Below the pieces are notes generated by a model that was not told the DNA's origin, did not search any database, and saw only the letters and a program-made list of their open reading frames with translations. Position numbers and translations under genes: made by a program. This document shows, one piece after another, positions 24,693 to 31,467 of a stretch of 31,467 nt of DNA (position 1 is its first letter; each line of letters starts with the position of its first letter). The DNA is from an uncultured Mycoplasma sp. Its GTDB lineage: Bacteria; Bacillota_I; Bacilli_A; RF39; UBA660. The stretch is taken from positions 1 through 31,467 of the forward strand of contig CAZBFY010000001.1 of assembly GCA_964491445.1 (NCBI GenBank), written 5' to 3'.

Positions 24693-25380
24693 TTTGAATT
24701 TGGATAAGTATTTGAATATTGTGAATAAGGAGAAAGTAAAAAGAGGGCTTGATACATATATACCTTTATATCCTATGTTAAGGGTTCAAGATGGTATGTT
24801 ATATGTTAGTGTACTTTTAACAAGAGAAGAAGATAATGTATGGGATAAAGAAGGTAATGTTAAGGCTGAATATTGGGTTTTAATAGATATTAATAATGAT
24901 GAAATAGTGTCATTTAATAAGACTATAGAAAAAGATTTTGTAGTAGGTAGTCTTATTTCTAAAAATAGGGAAGAAAAGGAGAAAGAGCTTTCTTTATATA
25001 CAGTTAAGAAGACTTTAGAGTATAAAGATTATTTAATTAAGGATATAAAAGAAGAAGAGTTACCACTTCAAAAGAAGTTATCTGGTATTTTAGATAAGAA
25101 TATAGAAATAGATGGAGATATAGTAAATATTAATGAGTATTTATTATCAAATTTAGAGGAGGAAATAAAAGAAAAAGTAAATGCTTTAGTAAATGTATTA
25201 GTAGAGTCTAAGTTTGGAGCATATACTTTCTATTATGATAAGTTATTTTCTATGATTATTGATAGTTATAGTAAGGACAAAGTAATTGATAATGAAAAGA
25301 TTAAATTATGTATAAAAATAATGAATTATTATTATGATGGAGTAATTGGTATAGATAATTTATTTAATATAGAAGAGTAA
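24685..25380 (+). CDS. Hypothetical soluble protein coupled to the ECF sigma gene
   Basis: 231-aa ORF overlapping the sigma stop; no TM helix or motif recognised; hairpin agaaga/tcttct + T tract after it. Confidence 0.7.
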   Translation: MNNLNLDKYLNIVNKEKVKRGLDTYIPLYPMLRVQDGMLYVSVLLTREEDNVWDKEGNVKAEYWVLIDINNDEIVSFNKTIEKDFVVGSLISKNREEKEKELSLYTVKKTLEYKDYLIKDIKEEELPLQKKLSGILDKNIEIDGDIVNINEYLLSNLEEEIKEKVNALVNVLVESKFGAYTFYYDKLFSMIIDSYSKDKVIDNEKIKLCIKIMNYYYDGVIGIDNLFNIEE

Positions 25381-25435
25381 CATCTTCTTTTTTGTTTCAT
25401 TCATATGAATTTTTATTAAAAAATGCAAATAAAAA

Positions 25436-25453
25436 CCGAACCAAAAAGTTCGG
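25436..25453 (-). terminator. tRNA terminator
   Basis: ccgaac-caaaaa-gttcgg hairpin, followed on the minus strand by a T tract. Confidence 0.7.
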
Positions 25454-25465
25454 ATAAAATCACTT

Positions 25466-25540
25466 TGGAGGGCCTGGCCGGATTTGAACCGGCGAATCAA
25501 GGTTTTGCAGACCCATGCCTTACCACTTGGCTACAGACCC
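25466..25540 (-). tRNA. tRNA-Cys (GCA)
   Basis: Reverse complement GGGTCTGTAGCCAAGTGGTAAGGCATGGGTCTGCAAAACCTTGATTCGCCGGTTCAAATCCGGCCAGGCCCTCCA: cloverleaf, GCA anticodon, U73, encoded CCA. Confidence 0.97.
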
Positions 25541-25554
25541 ATTTGACATTATTA

Positions 25555-25583
25555 ATTTTACAGTAGTTTTATGATTATGTCAA
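25555..25583 (-). promoter_or_regulatory. Sigma-A promoter of tRNA-Cys
   Basis: Minus strand TTGACA-17 bp-TAAAAT. Confidence 0.8.
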
Positions 25584-25710
25584 TCTATTTAATTATATAA
25601 TTTTATAAAATAAGTATACTAATTTATGTAAAATATATGTTAAAAGTTAAATTTTTCTTGAAATATAACTAGTTTATGTTAGAATTATATTGTTATGGGA
25701 GTGATATTAT

Positions 25711-27339
25711 ATGGAAAAAACATTTATATTTGGACATCATAATCCAGATACAGATTCAGTATGTTCTGCTATTGCATTATCTTATTATAAAAATAAATTA
25801 GGTTTTAATACTGAGCCTAGAATATTAGATGAAATAAATAAAGAGACAGAGTATACTCTTAATTATTTTAATGTTTCTGAACCAAGTTATATTGATAATG
25901 TAAAATTACAAATAAAAGATATAGATTATCATAAAAACTATTTTATGAAAGAGACTGATTCTATAAAAAAAGTATATGATTTTTTACTTGAAAAATCTAT
26001 AACAGGTCTTCCTATTGTAGATAAACATGAACATTTTGTAGGACTTATTACACTTAAAATGATATTAAATAGATTATTTGAAGGTAATTTAAGAAGAATA
26101 CATACTTCTTATGATAATATACTTGAAGTTTTAAATGCTAAAGAAATATTAAGATTTAATGAAGAAGTAAAAGGAGATGTTTTAGTCGGAGGATATCGTT
26201 CTATGATATTCGTAAATGAAGTTAAACTATCTAGTAAAGATATATTAGTTACTTCAAATCGTCCGATGATTATTAATTATGCAATAAATGAAGGTATTAA
26301 AAACATAATAGTAGTAGGTCTTCAAGAACTTGATCAAGAGTGTTTAGAGAATGCTAGAGCAAATAAAGTTAATGTTTTTAGAACTGAACATGATACTTTT
26401 TATACTATAAAATTAATGTCTCTTGCTAACTATGCTAAGTGTTTTTGTGATAGTGCTAGGGTTACTTGTTTTATGGAAGATGATTATTATAACGACTTTG
26501 TTGATATTTCTAAGAAATTAAAATATAACAATTATCCTGTTATTGGAGATAATAATAAGTGTTTAGGCCTACTTCGTCTTACTGATTTAGATAATGTTAA
26601 TAGAAAGAAAGTAATACTTGTAGATCATAATGAAAGTGGTCAAAGTATTATGGGTCTTAGTCAAGCTGAAATAGTAGAAATAGTAGATCATCATAAGATA
26701 GGAGATTTAACTACTAATAATCCTATTAATTTTAGAAATATGGCAGTAGGTAGTACAAATACTATTATTTATCAATTATTTAAAGAAAAGAATATGGAAA
26801 TACCTAAAGATATAGCAGGTCTTATGCTATCTGGAATACTTTCTGATACACTTATACTTAAGAGTCCTACTACTACAGAATATGATAAAGAGGCAGTATA
26901 TGATTTATCTTCTTTAGCAGGAGTAGATTATGAAAAGTATGGTATTGATATGTTTAAAGCTGGTACTTCATTAAAAGGCAAGACTAAGGAAGAAGTAATT
27001 AATACAGATATAAAATCATTTAATTATGATGATGAGACTAGGTATGCTGTAAGTCAAATATTTACTTTAGATATAGATTCTGTTAAGAAAGATTTAGATA
27101 GTTATATAAAACTTATTGAAAAGATGAAAGATGATGGTAATTATAGATTTATAGTAGTAGCTATAACAGATATTTTATCTAATGGTTCATACTTTATATT
27201 TACTAAGAGTGGTAAAGAGATTATGGAAGCGGGTTATGCTATGCAAAATCTTGAAGAGGGAGTATATATTGATGGACAAGTATCTAGAAAGAAACAAATT
27301 GTTCCTGCTCTTATTAATGGTATAAATAGATTAAAATAA
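25711..27339 (+). CDS. ppaC: Manganese-dependent inorganic pyrophosphatase with CBS and DRTGG domains
   Basis: GHHNPDTDS, LVDHNE, IVDHH, ILSDTL, DIKSF, SRKKQIVP motifs with inserted CBS/DRTGG region. Confidence 0.95.
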   Translation: MEKTFIFGHHNPDTDSVCSAIALSYYKNKLGFNTEPRILDEINKETEYTLNYFNVSEPSYIDNVKLQIKDIDYHKNYFMKETDSIKKVYDFLLEKSITGLPIVDKHEHFVGLITLKMILNRLFEGNLRRIHTSYDNILEVLNAKEILRFNEEVKGDVLVGGYRSMIFVNEVKLSSKDILVTSNRPMIINYAINEGIKNIIVVGLQELDQECLENARANKVNVFRTEHDTFYTIKLMSLANYAKCFCDSARVTCFMEDDYYNDFVDISKKLKYNNYPVIGDNNKCLGLLRLTDLDNVNRKKVILVDHNESGQSIMGLSQAEIVEIVDHHKIGDLTTNNPINFRNMAVGSTNTIIYQLFKEKNMEIPKDIAGLMLSGILSDTLILKSPTTTEYDKEAVYDLSSLAGVDYEKYGIDMFKAGTSLKGKTKEEVINTDIKSFNYDDETRYAVSQIFTLDIDSVKKDLDSYIKLIEKMKDDGNYRFIVVAITDILSNGSYFIFTKSGKEIMEAGYAMQNLEEGVYIDGQVSRKKQIVPALINGINRLK

Positions 27340-27388
27340 TTAAAAAACGAAAATAGTACGCAAAGGAAACGCACTATTTTTGTTTTTT
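27340..27388. terminator. Bidirectional terminator between ppaC and XRE gene
   Basis: aaaaacgaaaatagt...actatttttgttttt imperfect stem with A and T tracts. Confidence 0.6.
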
Positions 27389-27592
27389 TTGAATAATAAC
27401 ATTATAACCATACATATCTGCAACTTTCATTAAAGTTTCGAAAGTATATCTTCTTACACCTCGTTCATAACTTTGAACAGTCATTCTGCTGACTCCTAAG
27501 TTTTCAGCAAATTCACTTTGTTTTAAACCCGACCATTCACGCATTATTTTAAAAACATCTTTCTCATTATAGTTATTTGCAATAAGTCTCAT
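27374..27592 (-). CDS. Small XRE-family HTH transcriptional regulator
   Basis: MREWSGLKQSEFAENLGVSRMTVQSYERG.RRYTFETL; GAGGTGA RBS. Confidence 0.9.
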   Translation of the reverse strand: MRLIANNYNEKDVFKIMREWSGLKQSEFAENLGVSRMTVQSYERGVRRYTFETLMKVADMYGYNVIIQKKQK

Positions 27593-27605
27593 GAAATCAC
27601 CTCTG

Positions 27606-27634
27606 TTGACAAGCTTACATTATGAATGTATAAT
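27606..27634 (+). promoter_or_regulatory. Perfect consensus sigma-A promoter in divergent HTH region
   Basis: TTGACA (27606-27611)-17-TATAAT (27629-27634); palindrome tacatt-atg-aatgta lies in the spacer/-10. Confidence 0.85.
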
Positions 27635-27698
27635 TATTTTATATTACATACATAGTGTATGCATAAAAATTATATTTATACATAAAGAGGTGATTAGT

Positions 27699-27935
27699 AT
27701 TTCAACAGAATATAAAATATATTATAGTGATGAAAGTGAGCTTTATGCAAATAAAACAAAAGAAGAAAAAGAAGTTTTAAGACCTCAAATAGCAGAAATG
27801 GCTAAATTAAGAGGTATTAAACCTACTGCTAGATATTTTAAAACATATCCATCTACAGTAAGAAATATACTTAAAAAGTATGAAGAGGGTGGAGAAGAAG
27901 CTTTAAAACTAAGAAGAAATAATAAAAAGAGTTAA
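27699..27935 (+). CDS. Stand-alone HTH protein resembling an IS481/IS630-type transposase N-terminal HTH
   Basis: GIKPTARYFKTYPSTVRNILKKYEEGGEEALKLRR; GAGGTGA-N5-ATT suggests a non-canonical start at 27699 (ORF track starts at 27591). Confidence 0.6.
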   Translation: MSTEYKIYYSDESELYANKTKEEKEVLRPQIAEMAKLRGIKPTARYFKTYPSTVRNILKKYEEGGEEALKLRRNNKKS

Positions 27936-28816
27936 TTAAAATCTGGTATAAAACTCTTTTTTTGTGTACCATTATCTTGAACAAAACAATTTTCTATTCC
28001 AAGATCATAAGCATAATCTATTAGTTTATAATATTCATCTTTAGATAAAGTTCTATTAAGTTCTTTGTATTTTGTTTCTTTAACAGGGGTATATTGGTTC
28101 ATTAAGCTAATATAAATATTGTTTTTATAAGTATTATAAAGATATAAAAGTATTTTTTTAGAGTCTTCTATATTATTAGGCAGTGCTAAGTGTCTTACTA
28201 TGATACCTTTTACTATTAGATTATTTTTAAATACTGGTTTTCCAACTTGTCTATACATTTCTTTAATAGCTTTTTTTGTGTATGTAGAGTAATCTTTACA
28301 ATAAGAGTATTTTAAAGAAATATTATTATCATAATACTTAAAATCTGGTAAATAAACATCTATAAGACCTTCTAGTAGTTTTAAAGAAGATACTTTTTCA
28401 TAACCACTTGTATTATATATTATAGGGATATTTAGACCTTTTTTCTTAGCTAGAATAAGGGCATCTTTTATTAATGGAATATAATGAGTAGGGGTAACTA
28501 AGTTAATATTATTAGCACCTTTATTTTGAAGAACAATACATATATTACTTAGAGTTTCTACTGTTATTTCTTTACCAATAAAGTTATAACTTAATTGATA
28601 GTTTTGACAGTATATACACTTTAAATTACAATAAGTAAAGAATATAGCACCACTTCCATTTATACCTGAAATACAAGGTTCTTCATAGTGGAATAGAGAA
28701 GCTTTTGCTATTTTTAATTTGTTATTTGCATTACAAAAACCTATATTTATTTCTCTATTAATATTACAGTTTCTAGGACATAGAGTACAGTTTTTAAAAT
28801 AATTCATGTTAATCAC
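27932..28816 (-). CDS. Radical SAM protein, PflX-like (COG1313-type)
   Basis: CTLCPRNC, EEPCISG..GSGAIFF, CNLKCIYCQNY (CxxxCxxC), NINLVTPTH, YNTSGYE, LPDFKY, RHLALP, MNQYTP. Confidence 0.88.
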   Translation of the reverse strand: MINMNYFKNCTLCPRNCNINREINIGFCNANNKLKIAKASLFHYEEPCISGINGSGAIFFTYCNLKCIYCQNYQLSYNFIGKEITVETLSNICIVLQNKGANNINLVTPTHYIPLIKDALILAKKKGLNIPIIYNTSGYEKVSSLKLLEGLIDVYLPDFKYYDNNISLKYSYCKDYSTYTKKAIKEMYRQVGKPVFKNNLIVKGIIVRHLALPNNIEDSKKILLYLYNTYKNNIYISLMNQYTPVKETKYKELNRTLSKDEYYKLIDYAYDLGIENCFVQDNGTQKKSFIPDFN

Positions 28817-29055
28817 CTTTATATATATTAATACTTGTGTAAATTATTGTCAAAAAAGATGTATAATGTTTTTATTTAACTAATTAATGTTTTTAGTAGT
28901 GATGGATATTTTGTATCATAATACTAAAATTGCATATAATATTATTATATAGTTAAATTGTAGTAAATAAATAGTTATTGTGTAGTAAACAACTTGACAT
29001 ATAAAAAATAAAAATATATGTTACTATTATAAACAGAAAGAGAGATGATTATACT

Positions 29056-29343
29056 ATGGCTAGTATGACAAGTGCTATAAACATTAACGTAGATACAGAA
29101 TTAAAAAACGAGGCAACAATAATTTTAAAAGGACTAGGATTAAATATGAGTACATTTATCAATATGGCTTTAACGCAAGTAGTTAAAAGAAATGGTGTAC
29201 CTTTTGAAGTTGTAAACCCTGCACCAAGTAAAGAATTATTAGAAGCACTATCAGAAGTAAACGAAATGATTAACAATCCCGAAAAATATCCAAGATATAG
29301 TAATAGAGAGGATTTAAAGAAAGCGTTGTTATCTGATGACTAA
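29056..29343 (+). CDS. RelB/DinJ-family antitoxin (copy 3, intact)
   Basis: ININVDTELKNEA..ILKGLGLNMSTFINMALTQVVKRNGVPFEV. Confidence 0.9.
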   Translation: MASMTSAININVDTELKNEATIILKGLGLNMSTFINMALTQVVKRNGVPFEVVNPAPSKELLEALSEVNEMINNPEKYPRYSNREDLKKALLSDD

Positions 29344-29631
29344 TTATAAATATGACGTAGTATATTCTACAAATTTAAAAAAGATTTAAAGAAAATCGAA
29401 AAACAAAACAAAAATATTGATGAATTATTAGATATAGTCGATAAATTAGCGATAAAAGAAGAACTAGACCCAAAATACAGAAACCATAAATTGATAGATG
29501 ATAAAAACTATAAAAATTGTATGGAGTGTCATATATGCCCAGACTGGTTATTGATTTATCAATATAATGATAATGAATTGTTACTTTTATTAATGAATAC
29601 GGGTAGTCATAGTGATTTGTTTAACAAATAG
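29336..29631 (+). pseudogene. YafQ-family toxin (copy 3), single -1 frameshift
   Basis: Frame 0 MTNYKYDVVYSTNLKKI* stops at 29387-29389; the -1 frame continues DLKKIEKQNK...RNHKL...ECHICPDWLLIY...TGSHSDLFNK* with all catalytic residues intact. Confidence 0.85.
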
Positions 29632-29652
29632 GGAAAATAACCTTATTTTTTT
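29629..29652 (+). terminator. Intrinsic terminator of TA copy 3
   Basis: taggg-aaaataa-cctta + T7, homologous to copies 1 and 2. Confidence 0.6.
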
Positions 29653-29674
29653 ATAAGCTATTAAATGGGTTTAA

Positions 29675-29972
29675 AAAGATATTTATGATAATAAAGAATT
29701 AGATGAAAAAGCAACTAGTAAGGATTTCTTACTAGTTCAAAAAGAGGGGCAAAGAAATGTAAAAAGAAATACTAAATATTATAATTTATTGATGTATTTT
29801 TGAAATTTAATGAAAGAGATGTACTTAAAATTCCGGTAAAGTATCTCATAAAGTAGCTGAAAGCTTTGTACTTTCTGAATTTGAAAAATATAGAGTTATT
29901 CAAGATAAAGTATTTGAATCTGATTTTGATAAATTCATGTTGTATATAAAAAATAACGATATTGATAATTAA
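29675..29972 (+). pseudogene. RhuM-family (virulence RhuM/DNA-binding) remnant with internal deletion
   Basis: IYDNKELDEKATSKDFLLVQKEGQRNVKRNTKYYNL joined to DVFLKFNERDVL...GKVSHKVAESFVLSEFEKYRVIQDKVFESDFDK; no start, frame shifts. Confidence 0.7.
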
Positions 29973-30132
29973 TGAAACAAGGAGTTTTATTATAAAATAT
30001 TGATTATGTTTTAACTGACAAATATAGTAAAAGATTAAAATAAGCCGAAAATAAATTACATTATTTTATATGTATTATTAGATTATGTGTGATATAATAG
30101 ATTATGTAAAATATAAAGGGAGGAGATTATAT

Positions 30133-30810
30133 ATGAATATAGTAGATGTTGCTATTGTAATGCTTTTATTACTTGGAGGAGTGTCTGGTCTTAAAAATGG
30201 TTTTTTTAAACAAGGAGTAGTTCTTTTAGGAACAATTTTATGTTTTATACTTGCTTGGTATTTAAAAGATATATTAGCTAACTTTTTAAGTTTTACTTTA
30301 CCATTTTTTAATTTTGCAGGAGTATTTGAGGGTCTTACATCACTTAATATAGTTATGTATCAGTTAATATCTTTTATTATCTTATTATCTATATTTTCAT
30401 CAGTTTTAGCAGTTATAATAAAGTTTACAGGGGTATTTGAAAAACTTCTTAATATTACTATAATACTTGGTATACCTTCTAAAATATTAGGTTTTATATT
30501 AGGACTATTAGAAGCTTATGTTATTATTTTTGCTATATTGTTTTTCTTTAATCAACCAGCGTTTAATTTAGAAATAATAAATGATTCTGAATTAACTCCT
30601 AAAATAGTTAATTCATCGCCAGTATTATCATCAGTAGTAGGTAATATGAATGATGCTATAAATGATATATATGATATAACAAAAACATATAATGATAATC
30701 AAAATAAAGATTTATTTAATAGAAGAGTAGTAAATAGTTTATTAGAACATGAAGTAATAGATCAAGAATATTTAAATAAACTAAGAGAGAAAGGAAAAAT
30801 AAATTATTAG
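30133..30810 (+). CDS. cvpA: CvpA (colicin V production) family membrane protein
   Basis: NIVDVAIV...G..GLKNGF..Q, KILGFILGLLEA, INDSELTPKI; start ATG 30133 after AGGAG. Confidence 0.85.
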   Translation: MNIVDVAIVMLLLLGGVSGLKNGFFKQGVVLLGTILCFILAWYLKDILANFLSFTLPFFNFAGVFEGLTSLNIVMYQLISFIILLSIFSSVLAVIIKFTGVFEKLLNITIILGIPSKILGFILGLLEAYVIIFAILFFFNQPAFNLEIINDSELTPKIVNSSPVLSSVVGNMNDAINDIYDITKTYNDNQNKDLFNRRVVNSLLEHEVIDQEYLNKLREKGKINY

Positions 30811-30819
30811 GAGGTTATT

Positions 30820-31110
30820 ATGATAAAGTATTATAATAAAGAAGATTTAAAAGCTTTAAAGGGTGTATATTTAATAGATTTTTATGCAGATTGGTGTGGT
30901 CCTTGTAAAATGTTAGGACAAGTATTAGAGCAATTAGAAGATATTAATATTATAAAAATAGATGTAGATAAAGAAGAAGAACTTGCTAAAGAATATAAGA
31001 TTATGTCTATACCAAATATATTAATAATAAAAGATGGAGATATAAAGAAACAATTAATAGGTTTTAGATCAAAAGATGAGTTAATAAAAGAAATAGAAGA
31101 TGTAAAATAG
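30820..31110 (+). CDS. trxA: Thioredoxin
   Basis: DFYADWCGPCK, IMSIP cis-Pro motif. Confidence 0.95.
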   Translation: MIKYYNKEDLKALKGVYLIDFYADWCGPCKMLGQVLEQLEDINIIKIDVDKEEELAKEYKIMSIPNILIIKDGDIKKQLIGFRSKDELIKEIEDVK

Positions 31111-31190
31111 ATATAAAAGTCTATTTTTTTTCTTGATATAAAACTATTATTATAGTAAAATAATATTGTAATAATAAGAGGTGATTAACC

Positions 31191-31467
31191 ATGGATAAGA
31201 AAGAAAAAAGTAAGTTTTATAAGTATTTATATAAAGATATAAAAGAGTTTAATAGAGGTTTATTATCATTAGTATGTATACTAATACTAGTAGGAGCAGG
31301 TTTATTATCTTATTTTATAACAACATCATATGCTTTATTTAGTGATAGTATAACAGGGACAAAAATAATAGAGGCAGAAGTAAAATTGCCTAGTTTAGAT
31401 ACAAGTGGGGCAAATGAACCAGTACTTGATGATAGTATGATACCAGTATATTATGATAATACAAATG
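31191..31467 (+). CDS. N-terminus of a probable secreted/surface protein, partial at window edge
   Basis: GAGGTGA RBS; MDKKEKSKF...hydrophobic segment...TSYALF then LDTSGANEPVLDDSMIPVYYD; open to the window end. Confidence 0.7.
   Translation, partial: MDKKEKSKFYKYLYKDIKEFNRGLLSLVCILILVGAGLLSYFITTSYALFSDSITGTKIIEAEVKLPSLDTSGANEPVLDDSMIPVYYDNTN

Noticed and set aside
21045-25540. Genomic island integrated at tRNA-Cys
   Set aside because: No duplicated tRNA 3' end and no integrase found in the window.
1-31467. Mycoplasma genetic code 4
   Set aside because: TGA terminates well-defined genes (trmL, C39 transporter, yqfC) at expected ends and conserved Trp residues use TGG.

Overview
Very AT-rich, standard-code (TGA = stop, TGG = Trp) Firmicute/Bacilli chromosome segment with frequent GGAGG/GGTGA ribosome-binding sites. 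Gene content and composition suggest a reduced-genome gut Bacilli lineage such as RF39 (inference). Core genes: AI-2E transporter, P-loop nucleotide kinase, short alaS, trmL, dnaE, the yqfC-yqfD-vanZ-ybeY-dgkA-cdd-era-yqzL-recO run, archaeal-type cmk, tRNA-Cys, CBS/DRTGG ppaC, a PflX-like radical SAM protein, cvpA and trxA. Accessory elements sit between them: (i) an unannotated convergent sRNA/small-hydrophobic-peptide locus whose 260-nt mRNA ends fold back on each other (type I toxin-antitoxin-like, 5033-5492); (ii) three paralogous DinJ/RelB-YafQ modules (one intact, one with both genes broken, one with a toxin frameshift at an A_AAA_AAG motif) sharing an upstream 18-bp motif; (iii) a C39-peptidase ABC exporter followed by two double-glycine peptides and a third, unannotated, leaderless paralogous peptide, all with a near-C-terminal Cys; (iv) a 1.6-kb AbiEi/AbiEii cassette bounded by a 67-bp direct repeat that duplicates the 3' end of cmk, with no integrase; (v) a DUF3592-like membrane protein with an N/Q-rich 18-aa-repeat tail next to a stomatin; (vi) a divergent XRE/HTH pair. 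There are many decayed genes (recO, gmk-like, Nudix, RhuM, TA copies). All family assignments come from motif recognition by eye; no database search was run.
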